Of a stretch of 64,000 nt of DNA, positions 35,301 to 47,639 are shown in pieces. Numbering within the stretch: the first letter of the stretch is position 1; every line of letters starts with the position of its first letter. Location: the NCBI GenBank assembly GCA_051362555.1, contig JBPQGU010000016.1, positions 3,782,001 to 3,846,000 on the forward strand, given 5' to 3'. The translations under genes were made by a program, and so were the position numbers. The notes under the pieces were generated by a model. That model did not search any database and was not told the origin of the DNA. It saw only the letters and a program-made list of their open reading frames with translations. This DNA comes from Lingula anatina (Eukaryota > Animalia > Brachiopoda).

Positions 35301-38300
35301 TTATAGTGTCAGGTAGGTGTGTTCGGTCATTTGTAGTAAGAATAAAGTGCTGGAAGAGTGGTGGTGTCAACATTAAGGAAGAAATAGAGCAAAAACTCTC
35401 TCTCCCCCCCCCCTCTCAGATTCTGTTCTCAGAGCTTATTTTTGGATCATCTTTAAAGCTAGAATTGGGGGCCTTGATGAAGTGACCCGGGCGCGTTTCC
35501 ACATTTTTTATGAATGACAGGTGTGGTAGATTGATTTTCCTCACTTTTTGGAAAAATCGGAGACGGGTCGATTTTTGGTGATTTTGAGTGATTTTGAACA
35601 GTGCCGGCACTGTGAGATTTCTTCAATTTTGGCCAGGTAGGGATGAAAATTTTTTTTCTTCATTATAGTGTCAGGTAGGTGTGTTCGGTCATTTGTAGTA
35701 AGAATAAAGTGCTGGAAGAGTGGTGGTGTCAACATTAAGGAAGAAATAGAGCAAAAACTCTCTCTCCCCCCCCCCCTCTCAGATTCTGTTCTCAGAGCTT
35801 ATTTTTGGATCATCTTTAAAGCTAGAATTGGGGGCCTTGATGAAGTGACCTGGGCGCGTTTCCACATTTTTTATGAATGACAGGTGTGGTAGATTGATTT
35901 TCCTCACTTTTTGGAAAAATCGGAGACGGGTCGATTTTTGGTGATTTTGAGTGATTTTGAACAGTGCCGGCACTGTGAGATTTCTTCAATTTTGGCCAGG
36001 TAGGGATGAAAATTTTTTTTCTTCATTATAGTGTCAGGTAGGTGTGTTCGGTCATTTGTAGTAAGAATAAAGTGCTGGAAGAGTGGTGGTGTCAACATTA
36101 AGGAAGAAATAGAGCAAAAACTCTCTCTCCCCCCCCCTCTCAGATTCTGTTCTCAGAGCTTATTTTTGGATCATCTTTAAAGCTAGAATTGGGGGCCTTG
36201 ATGAAGTGACCCGGGCGCGTTTCCACATTTTTTATGAATGACAGGTGTGGTAGATTGATTTTCCTCACTTTTTGGAAAAATCGGAGACGGGTCGATTTTT
36301 GGTGATTTTGAGTGATTTTGAACAGTGCCGGCACTGTGAGATTTCTTCAATTTTGGCCAGGTAGGGATGAAAAATTTTTTTCTTCATTATAGTGTCAGGT
36401 AGGTGTGTTCGGTCATTTGTAGTAAGAATAAAGTGCTGGAAGAGTGGTGGTGTCAACATTAAGGAAGAAATAGAGCAAAAACTCTCTCTCCCCCCCCCTC
36501 TCAGATTCTGTTCTCAGAGCTTATTTTTGGATCATCTTTAAAGCTAGAATTGGGGGCCTTGATGAAGTGACCCGGGCGCGTTTCCACATTTTTTATGAAT
36601 GACAGGTGTGGTAGATTGATTTTCCTCACTTTTTGGAAAAATCGGAGACGGGTCGATTTTTGGTGATTTTGAGTGATTTTGAACAGTGCCGGCACTGTGA
36701 GATTTCTTCAATTTTGGCCAGGTAGGGATGAAAATTTTTTTTCTTCATTATAGTGTCAGGTAGGTGTGTTCGGTCATTTGTAGTAAGAATAAAGTGCTGG
36801 AAGAGTGGTGGTGTCAACATTAAGGAAGAAATAGAGCAAAAACTCTCTCTCCCCCCCCCCTCTCAGATTCTGTTCTCAGAGCTTATTTTTGGATCATCTT
36901 TAAAGCTAGAATTGGGGGCCTTGATGAAGTGACCCGGGCGCGTTTCCACATTTTTTATGAATGACAGGTGTGGTAGATTGATTTTCCTCACTTTTTGGAA
37001 AAATCGGAGACGGGTCGATTTTTGGTGATTTTGAGTGATTTTGAACAGTGCCGGCACTGTGAGATTTCTTCAATTTTGGCCAGGTAGGGATGAAAATTTT
37101 TTTTCTTCATTATATTGTCAGGTAGGTGTGTTCGGTCATTTGTAGTAAGAATAAAGTGCTGGAAGAGTGGTGGTGTCAACATTAAGGAAGAAATAGAGCA
37201 AAAACTCTCTCTCCCCCCCCCCTCTCAGATTCTGTTCTCAGAGCTTATTTTTGGATCATCTTTAAAGCTAGAATTGGGGGCCTTGATGAAGTGACCCGGG
37301 CGCGTTTCCACATTTTTTATGAATGACAGGTGTGGTAGATTGATTTTCCTCACTTTTTGGAAAAATCGGAGACGGGTCGATTTTTGGTGATTTTGAGTGA
37401 TTTTGAACAGTGCCGGCACTGTGAGATTTCTTCAATTTTGGCCAGGTAGGGATGAAAAATTTTTTTCTTCATTATAGTGTCAGGTAGGTGTGTTCGGTCA
37501 TTTGTAGTAAGAATAAAGTGCTGGAAGAGTGGTGGTGTCAACATTAAGGAAGAAATAGAGCAAAAACTCTCTCTCCCCCCCCCTCTCAGATTCTGTTCTC
37601 AGAGCTTATTTTTGGATCATCTTTAAAGCTAGAATTGGGGGCCTTGATGAAGTGACCCGGGCGCGTTTCCACATTTTTTATGAATGACAGGTGTGGTAGA
37701 TTGATTTTCCTCACTTTTTGGAAAAATCGGAGACGGGTCGATTTTTGGTGATTTTGAGTGATTTTGAACAGTGCCGGCACTGTGAGATTTCTTCAATTTT
37801 GGCCAGGTAGGGATGAAAATTTTTTTTCTTCATTATAGTGTCAGGTAGGTGTGTTCGGTCATTTGTAGTAAGAATAAAGTGCTGGAAGAGTGGTGGTGTC
37901 AACATTAAGGAAGAAATAGAGCAAAAACTCTCTCTCCCCCCCCCTCTCAGATTCTGTTCTCAGAGCTTATTTTTGGATCATCTTTAAAGCTAGAATTGGG
38001 GGCCTTGATGAAGTGACCCGGGCGCGTTTCCACATTTTTTATGAATGACAGGTGTGGTAGATTGATTTTCCTCACTTTTTGGAAAAATCGGAGACGGGTC
38101 GATTTTTGGTGATTTTGAGTGATTTTGAACAGTGCCGGCACTGTGAGATTTCTTCAATTTTGGCCAGGTAGGGATGAAAATTTTTTTTCTTCATTATAGT
38201 GTCAGGTAGGTGTGTTCGGTCATTTGTAGTAAGAATAAAGTGCTGGAAGAGTGGTGGTGTCAACATTAAGGAAGAAATAGAGCAAAAACTCTCTCTCCCC

Positions 38301-41300
38301 CCCCCCTCTCAGATTCTGTTCTCAGAGCTTATTTTTGGATCATCTTTAAAGCTAGAATTGGGGGCCTTGATGAAGTGACCCGGGTGCGTTTCCACATTTT
38401 TTATGAATGACAGGTGTGGTAGATTGATTTTCCTCACTTTTTGGAAAAATCGGAGACGGGTCGATTTTTGGTGATTTTGAGTGATTTTGAACAGTGCCGG
38501 CACTGTGAGATTTCTTCAATTTTGGCCAGGTAGGGATGAAAATTTATTTTCTTCATTATAGTGTCAGGTAGGTGTGTTCGGTCATTTGTAGTAAGAATAA
38601 AGTGCTGGAAGAGTGGTGGTGTCAACATTAAGGAAGAAATAGAGCAAAAACTCTCTCTCCCCCCCCCTCTCAGATTCTGTTCTCAGAGCTTATTTTTGGA
38701 TCATCTTTAAAGCTAGAATTGGGGGCCTTGATGAAGTGACCCGGGCGCGTTTCCACATTTTTTATGAATGACAGGTGTGGTAGATTGATTTTCCTCACTT
38801 TTTGGAAAAATCGGAGACGGGTCGATTTTTGGTGATTTTGAGTGATTTTGAACAGTGCCGGCACTGTGAGATTTCTTCAATTTTGGCCAGGTAGGGATGA
38901 AAATTTTTTTTCTTCATTATAGTGTCAGGTAGGTGTGTTCGGTCATTTGTAGTAAGAATAAAGTGCTGGAAGAGTGGTGGTGTCAACATTAAGGAAGAAA
39001 TAGAGCAAAAACTCTCTCTCCCCCCCCCCCCCTCTCAGATTCTGTTCTCAGAGCTTATTTTTGGATCATCTTTAAAGCTAGAATTGGGGGCCTTGATGAA
39101 GTGACCCGGGCGCGTTTCCACATTTTTTATGAATGACAGGTGTGGTAGATTGATTTTCCTCACTTTTTGGAAAAATCGGAGACGGGTCGATTTTTGGTGA
39201 TTTTGAGTGATTTTGAACAGTGCCGGCACTGTGAGATTTCTTCAATTTTGGCCAGGTAGGGATGAAAATTTTTTTTCTTCATTATAGTGTCAGGTAGGTG
39301 TGTTCGGTCATTTGTAGTAAGAATAAAGTGCTGGAAGAGTGGTGGTGTCAACATTAAGGAAGAAATAGAGCAAAAACTCTCTCTCCCCCCCCCTCTCAGA
39401 TTCTGTTCTCAGAGCTTATTTTTGGATCATCTTTAAAGCTAGAATTGGGGGCCTTGATGAAGTGACCCGGGCGCGTTTCCACATTTTTTATGAATGACAG
39501 GTGTGGTAGATTGATTTTCCTCACTTTTTGGAAAAATCGGAGACGGGTCGATTTTTGGTGATTTTGAGTGATTTTGAACAGTGCCGGCACTGTGAGATTT
39601 CTTCAATTTTGGCCAGGTAGGGATGAAAATTTTTTTTCTTCATTATAGTGTCAGGTAGGTGTGTTCGGTCATTTGTAGTAAGAATAAAGTGCTGGAAGAG
39701 TGGTGGTGTCAACATTAAGGAAGAAATAGAGCAAAAACTCTCTCTCCCCCCCCCCTCTCAGATTCTGTTCTCAGAGCTTATTTTTGGATCATCTTTAAAG
39801 CTAGAATTGGGGGCCTTGATGAAGTGACCCGGGCACGTTTCCACATTTTTTATGAATGACAGGTGTGGTAGATTGATTTTCCTCACTTTTTGGAAAAATC
39901 GGAGACGGGTCGATTTTTGGTGATTTTGAGTGATTTTGAACAGTGCCGGCACTGTGAGATTTCTTCAATTTTGGCCAGGTAGGGATGAAAATTTTTTTTC
40001 TTCATTATAGTGTCAGGTAGGTGTGTTCGGTCATTTGTAGTAAGAATAAAGTGCTGGAAGAGTGGTGGTGTCAACATTAAGGAAGAAATAGAGCAAAAAC
40101 TCTCTCTCCCCCCCCCCCCCCTCTCAGATTCTGTTCTCAGAGCTTATTTGTAGTATTTGTGTTCGGTCATTTGTAGTAAGAATAAAGTGCTGGAAGAGTG
40201 GTGGTGTCAACATTAAGGAAGAAATAGAGCAAAAACTCTCTCTCCCCCCCCCTCTCAGATTCTGTTCTCAGAGCTTATTTTTGGATCATCTTTAAAGCTA
40301 GAATTGGGGGCCTTGATGAAGTGACCCGGGCACGTTTCCACATTTTTTATGAATGACAGGTGTGGTAGATTGATTTTCCTCACTTTTTGGAAAAATCGGA
40401 GACGGGTCGATTTTTGGTGATTTTGAGTGATTTTGAACAGTGCCGGCACTGTGAGATTTCTTCAATTTTGGCCAGGTAGGGATGAAAATTTTTTTTCTTC
40501 ATTATAGTGTCAGGTAGGTGTGTTCGGTCATTTGTAGTAAGAATAAAGTGCTGGAAGAGTGGTGGTGTCAACATTAAGGAAGAAATAGAGCAAAAACTCT
40601 CTCTCCCCCCCCCCCCTCTCAGATTCTGTTCTCAGAGCTTATTTTTGGATCATCTTTAAAGCTAGAATTGGGGGCCTTGATGAAGTGACCCGGGCGCGTT
40701 TCCACATTTTTTATGAATGACAGGTGTGGTAGATTGATTTTCCTCACTTTTTGGAAAAATCGGAGACGGGTCGATTTTTGGTGATTTTGAGTGATTTTGA
40801 ACAGTGCCGGCACTGTGAGATTTCTTCAATTTTGGCCAGGTAGGGATGAAAATTTTTTTTCTTCATTATAGTGTCAGGTAGGTGTGTTCGGTCATTTGTA
40901 GTAAGAATAAAGTGCTGGAAGAGTGGTGGTGTCAACATTAAGGAAGAAATAGAGCAAAAACTCTCTCTCCCCCCCCTCTCAGATTCTGTTCTCAGAGCTT
41001 ATTTTTGGATCATCTTTAAAGCTAGAATTGGGGGCCTTGATGAAGTGACCCGGGCGCGTTTCCACATTTTTTATGAATGACAGGTGTGGTAGATTGATTT
41101 TCCTCACTTTTTGGAAAAATCGGAGACGGGTCGATTTTTGGTGATTTTGAGTGATTTTGAACAGTGCCGGCACTGTGAGATTTCTTCAATTTTGGCCAGG
41201 TAGGGATGAAAATTTTTTTTCTTCATTATAGTGTCAGGTAGGTGTGTTCGGTCATTTGTAGTAAGAATAAAGTGCTGGAAGAGTGGTGGTGTCAACATTA

Positions 41301-42773
41301 AGGAAGAAATAGAGCAAAAACTCTCTCTCCCCCCCCCCCCTCTCAGATTCTGTTCTCAGAGCTTATTTTTGGATCATCTTTAAAGCTAGAATTGGGGGCC
41401 TTGATGAAGTGACCGGGCGCGTTTCCACATTTTTTATGAATGACAGGTGTGGTAGATTGATTTTCCTCACTTTTTGGAAAAATCGGAGACGGGTCGATTT
41501 TTGGTGATTTTGAGTGATTTTGAACAGTGCCGGCACTGTGAGATTTCTTCAATTTTGGCCAGGTAGGGATGAAAATTTTTTTTCTTCATTATAGTGTCAG
41601 GTAGGTGTGTTCGGTCATTTGTAGTAAGAATAAAGTGCTGGAAGAGTGGTGGTGTCAACATTAAGGAAGAAATAGAGCAAAAACTCTCTCTCCCCCCCCC
41701 CCTCTCAGATTCTGTTCTCAGAGCTTATTTTTGGATCATCTTTAAAGCTAGAATTGGGGGCCTTGATGAAGTGACCCGGGCGCGTTTCCACATTTTTTAT
41801 GAATGACAGGTGTGGTAGATTGATTTTCGTCACTTTTTGGAAAAATTGGAGACGGGTCGATTTTTGGTGATTTTGAGTGATTTTGAACAGTGCCGGCACT
41901 GTGAGATTTCTTCAATTTTGGCCAGGTAGGGATGAAATTTTTTTTTCTTCATTATAGTGTCAGGTAGGTGTGTTCGGTCATTTGTAGTAAGAATAAAGTG
42001 CTGGAAGAGTGGTGGTGTCAACATTAAGGAAGAAATAGAGCAAAAACTCTCTCTCCCCCCCCCCCCTCTCAGATTCTGTTCTCAGAGCTTATTTTTGGAT
42101 CATCTTTAAAGCTAGAATTGGGGGCCTTGATGAAGTGACCCGGGCGCGTTTCCACATTTTTTATGAATGACAGGTGTAGTACATTGATTTTCGTCACTTT
42201 TTGGAAAAATCGGAGACGGGTCGATTTTTGGTAATTTTGAGTGATTTTGAACAGTGCCAGCACTGTGAGATTTCTTCAATTTTGGCCAGGTAGGGATGAA
42301 AATTTTTTTTCTTCATTATAGTGTCAGGCAGATGTGTTCGGTCATTTGTAGTAAGAATAAAGTGCTGGAAGAGTGGTGGTGTCAACATTAAGGAAGAAAT
42401 ATAGCAAAAACTCTCTCTCCCCCCCCCTCTCAGATTCTGTTCTCAGAGCTTATTTTTGGATCATCTTTAAAGCTAGAATTGGGGGCCTTGATGAAGTGAC
42501 CCGGGCGCGTTTACACATTTTTTATGAATGACAGGTGTGGTAGATTGATTTTCGTCACTTTTTGGAAAAATCGGAGACGGGTCGATTTTTGGTGATTTTG
42601 AGTGATTTTGAACAGTGCCGGCACTGTGAGATTTCTTCAATTTTGGCCAGGTAGGGATGAAAAATTTATTTCTTCATTATAGTGTCAGGTAGGTGTGTTC
42701 GGTCATTTGTAGTAAGCATAAAATGCTTGAAGAGTGGTGGTGTCAACATTATGGAAGAAATAAAGCAAAAACT
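20387..42773 (+). repeat. ~363-bp satellite DNA array, ~62 head-to-tail monomers
   Basis: Monomer TTGGCCAGGTAGGGATGAAAA...CTCTCTCT(C)nTCTCAG...ACAGTGCCGGCACTGTGAGATTTCTTCAAT recurs every ~360-368 bp; length varies mainly in the poly-C tract. Confidence 0.99.
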
Positions 42774-44379
42774 ATGTATACAGATTCCTGCTATATTATT
42801 ATTTTATCTTTAATTTATCGAATTTTATGATGCCTTTCCTATATACATAGTCCTTTTTTAAAATAATTACCGTATCAGTTTTTTAAAACCTAGAACAAAA
42901 GTTTTCAGTTTGTCTGTCTTTTTTATTCCAGCAATTTCAGCAGCCATTACTGTTTCCGAGACACCTTGCCTGTGCTATCAAACGAAGCCTGTTACTTACA
43001 GCACAGGAGCACCAAAGAGTTTGAAGAGTGCTTTACAAGTCATCAGTCAAATTAAGCAGAAATGGTCTTAGCTTTGCAAACCGGTGTCAAAGGGTCAAAT
43101 CAAGTATTCCAAGCCTTCCAAGGACTAGTATGATGTAAGTCAGTATGGACAATATATTAAAGGTCCAAAAGCATCAAAGTCTTTAAGGTACTCGCCCCAC
43201 GCCGCAGCATGTCATCGAAGAAATGACCCCTTGATGATAGGGATATGGATTGCAAGTGTTCTGGAGGCTCCAAGACAACTGTCTATAGCAGGTTCTGGTA
43301 CTTGCATAGTGGGTCTTCAAACCCTTGGTATAGAAAGTACAAACCAGCAGCTTAATCTGGAAGTTAAAAAGAAAAAACAGCCATAAGTCCATGCATTAAA
43401 ATCATGTTGAAATCTCTTTTTGGAAATTAGAAAAACGACTATTGCAATTATTAGAGAAGGCTTAATTAACTTTGAGTGTGCATTTTTTATGAACTGATAC
43501 TTCCTTGTGAACAAAAACTCTGAAAAGATTTCCACATTTTGTATTTTTGGCAATAATGAGAAATGAATGAACATTCATTGATTAATTATTATCATTATTT
43601 ATTTATTCATTTATTTTTTTGCTATTTCCACTTGAGGGTGCTTACGCAAATTTGGCAGATTTCCCAAGTTTTGGGTTAAATAATAATAATTTATTGAGCA
43701 CTGAAATGTTTTTACATTTAGAAGCTCTCTAGCTACTATACATTATACATATGGAAAGATAGTAAGGATAGTAAGTAAATGAAAGAGAAAAAAGAAATTA
43801 TACTTATATAATGTTACACAATATACATTCTCTTAATATCCAGGTGAGATGCATGAAATCATTTGTGCACTTCTAGTTAATTACGTTTTTTTTAAAAGCA
43901 CAATGTTGTTATTTTGGGTCTTTATGAGGTAATGTGATTTTGTCAGCATATTAGTTAAATGAACAACTTTGTCTGGATGCCCCACTCCTGCCTCAAATGA
44001 GATTTTAAAAGCAAACATCAATATCTATAAAGTCAGGTTTTAATGCTTATTTTTGAACACATTTCACATAAATCACATTTCACATGATGATCTGGGCTGA
44101 TTTTGTCAAAGTTAAAGAAACCCCATTTTGAACACTGATGACAATTTAGTAAAACCATGTTACTCATGGATCTCAATCTTACAGAAAAGGTAAATTGGAC
44201 TAAAATACAGCTTGAGTTAGAAAACTGAACTGATTGCATTCTTTTTCTGAGAGTTATTTATTTATTTAATTATCATTATTATTATTATTTATTATTATTA
44301 TTTTCAAAATATTTTTTTTTCACATATTAGCATTTTCTTCGTGAGACTTGGAACTCCCACGGGATGAAATTCCAGCTCC

Positions 44380-44615
44380 CACTCTCAAGCCCCTGGGGAG
44401 CTTTTTGAAATAATATAAAGATGAAATTTGGGTCTTTTTAAAATAATTAAAATAATGATGTCAGGAAGGTGTGTTTTGTTTTTTCTAGCCATCCACAGGT
44501 AATTTTTTTTTTTCAATATTTCTTGTGAATTAAAAAAATATTTTTCCATCCCCCTCCCCAACCTCAAACCCCTGAGGAGCTTTTTGAAGTAATATAAAGA
44601 TGCAATTTGGGGATT
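44380..44615 (+). repeat. Degenerate ~180-bp repeat distantly similar to the satellite monomer
   Basis: CCCCTGRGGAGCTTTTTGAARTAATATAAAGATG occurs at ~44390 and ~44569. GATGTCAGGAAGGTGTGTT resembles the satellite's AGTGTCAGGTAGGTGTGTT. Confidence 0.5.
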
Positions 44616-47600
44616 TAATGATGAGATGTTGATATGTTTAGACAATTATTGTGAATGATCCCTTTCCGTCTCAGCACTGATACTCCTCCGCACCATTACT
44701 CCCTCGCACCGATAGGCCTATACTACCCCTTACACTCCATCGACCTCACCCGCATCTTAAAGCTCCTGCAACGATACTCTCTCACAGCCTTTGCAATTGG
44801 TTAAAACTGCTACCAACAAAACACAATGATTGATCTAAAAACTCTCGAAATACTATTTTTCCGAAAGTGCACCACCCTCTTGGGACCCAAAAGTGACACA
44901 TTTCATTAGAAATATTGTGGAAAAATAAGGGAATTACTAAAGTTGGTCTGCTTAGTAACAAAGTACATAGTCGATCTAATATGTATGCAGCTCGGCTTTG
45001 TGATTATTAAGAAATATCTGTATACTTCACTTCGTTCTTCAACAGTGGTTACTGTATACAATATGTGCATCTTCTTCTTGATTTGTTTATTAATTATTTT
45101 ACTAAAAGTATGTTTTTAACAGAAGATAGCAAAGACGACATAATCTTTTCTTCAGGGGCCACTCTATTCGTAAAAGAAATTGAAACAACAACAACAAAAA
45201 AAAACATTGTTTAAGCGAGAAATTGCCGCCTTTGTCCTCCTGGAAATGTGAGATTCTACAATTTAGGCTGTCCTTGGGCGATTGTAGGAACCACTCTAGG
45301 ACAGAAAAAATTACAACTTGAATGTAACATCATAAATCCTTAAAAATAGATAACAAATCCGATTGTGTTTATTGCCAGTATGCAGCAAGATCGTTATTAA
45401 GAAATCAATAACGAACAGCTCTCAGGGGCGAATCCAGGATTTCGAAGACTAGGTGGTTAGTTTTTATTGACCCCGCTTCTACGTGGACGGAACGGTTCAT
45501 TTTTAACATTGAATAAATTAATTGAATTAATATTCATTAAAATTAAATCAAATAAAATAACGATGCATGATGATTAGTAATGCAAGATTTATGCCGCAAA
45601 GTCGCTTGTCAGACTACATCTAAGATGATCTCACGACATACTTGGGTATGGCTGTTTAGATGTAGGGGGTAGAGGCACTATTTGAAGGCAGCTGAAGGAA
45701 AAAATCGAAAGGAGTTCGATGGCATTTAGCATTACATGGTCCATTTCTCAGTAAAGAATACTAAATAAAGAAATTATACATACTTCAGGATGGCTCACTG
45801 CGGTTTTCGTCCACACATAGGCAACCAGTAATTCGGACTCTACTAGCGATAATGTAAACACACCTTGAATGCCCATTTACATATTTGCTTTTCTAGTTAA
45901 ACTTAGCAATGTGTATTAATTTTGTTCGAAAAAAAAAAGCATTCCACTGTAATTTGCGACCGCGTCCATGTGCACCAATGCAGGCCTATTCTATTTATGG
46001 AGATGGTCACATAATCAGCAAAACGGAAATTTAACTGGTACATGTACAAGTTTCGAAATAAAATGTTTGTCAAACCTTTATAATATCTAGAGCTTTTGTT
46101 GTTTGAAACATGTTTAACTAAAATGTAAGAAAAACGAAAAAAGTAAGCAGCAAGCTGGTAGGCAGTAAGTGAAAGCCTGGTCTGAACACTGAATTTCTAG
46201 GTAACCATGTATTTTTCACACCCCCTAATTTCATTTCCACAACGATCCGTGAATGAGGTTAAAAAGCAATAACATACTTGTGTGACAGGACAAAATGCTT
46301 TGTTTATTACGCCACTTTATCTTGTCAAATGAAGCATGAATTTGAAAAACCATGAAAACTAGAGGATCAGAGAGGTGATACCGCCTGAGGGTATTGTACC
46401 ACCAGCTGGAGTAAGCTCATTCGTATAGAAAAGTGAAAAAAGGGACACCACCTCCAGTGTTGTGCTGGACAAGCTCTACATGCAGTAAGCAAAAGTTCTA
46501 AATAGTTTTGTTGAAAATTACCATTTAAAACAAAATCATGAGGAAAAGTAAAAGTTTAAATTCAAATTTGTGAAGTGCAGTTCATGGCAAAAAGTAGGTC
46601 AAAGCTCAATTTCAAGAACACAGATTGTCAGCATATGACTGCCTATTCAAGTTCAATAGTGATTATGGGCATATCTCTGCTAGTTTTGGAGATAGAAAAG
46701 TTGCAAAGTTGCGCGGCTCATTATAAAATCGCCACCTTTTAAAATTTCCAGTTGTACTAAGTGCACGTGGTTTGCAGATTAATTTTAGCCATTAAGAGCG
46801 TTAGATTGAAACCTTTTGCCGCTACAAATACAACAACTTGATTGATATCTTAGGCGATTATCAAAAACAGACAATAGCAAAAATCACTTACCTGCTGTAG
46901 GTTACAAGGGCGACCAACCCAGGGGCGGGACCAGGATTATTTGAAGGGGGGTCCACGGATGCAAAACCGACCCTTATCTTAGAGGGCGAACGGTGCTATT
47001 TAGTACTTTTTAGAACTATGATTCGGCTAGAGAAAATACTTATTTCATAAGGGGACCATCGGTGTGATTATTTTTAGAAACTGAAGGGGAGGAGGTCAGG
47101 ACCCCCTGACCCCCCCCTCCCAATCCGCCACTGCAACTACCAATGGACCTCGGTGGACACAGGTTAATTACATATCTGGCATTTGTGTCATAGGTTGTGC
47201 ATTTAAGCTTTAAACTTAAGTTTTATAAATATTAAAGTACCTACCCTTTAACGCGAAGTAAGAATCACGGTCAGCCACCTTTGTTTATGAGACAGTAATC
47301 AGTGTTACGCCGACGACCATCACCTGATCTATTGAATTAAACGAGTGGAGTAGTAACGAACCCTTGGAACGAATTTGAGAAATAAGCAAACCTGACTTTA
47401 TCGAGTGTAGGGGAGTTCGATTTTCTAAAAAAAAAAATGTACATTATATTTATAAAAATTCAGTCGGAATCGAAACTCCCCCCCCCCCCCCGCCCCCACC
47501 GACCCTCCTAAATCCACCACTGGCACAAATCTTTTGTCCTGTACCATCTAAACTGCGTCACGTACAGCTCGATGTAGCGAGTCAATATAAATATAATTTC

Positions 47601-47639
47601 AATCGGTTGACGAGAGGAATTAAAGTGAAATTAATTTCT

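Larger units (their letters stand above)
4011..45002 (+). repeat. Copy 1 of a ~41-kb compound tandem/segmental duplication unit
   Basis: 4011-20386 is collinear and nearly identical to 45003-61676 (for example ORF 7078..7443 equals 47869..48234 and 15644..16006 equals 56946..57308). Both are followed by the same satellite. Confidence 0.9.

Noticed and set aside
20666-42388. More than 100 near-identical 60-95-aa ORFs (MLTPPLFQ..., MSGRCVRS..., MPALFKIT...) as a tandem gene family
   Set aside because: They are by-products of the satellite monomer: they overlap on both strands, many use non-ATG starts, and they are freely frameshifted by poly-C length changes.
20387-42773. CRISPR-like array or tandem ncRNA (5S, snRNA, tRNA) cluster
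   Set aside because: There are no unique spacers and no cas genes, the context is eukaryotic, and I recognise no 5S/U-snRNA/tRNA sequence in the monomer. An Rfam scan would settle the ncRNA question.
4011-45002. The whole 41-kb unit as one giant transposon or endogenous virus
   Set aside because: No terminal repeats, TSD or intact replication/capsid genes are visible; the content is nested decayed TEs and satellite.
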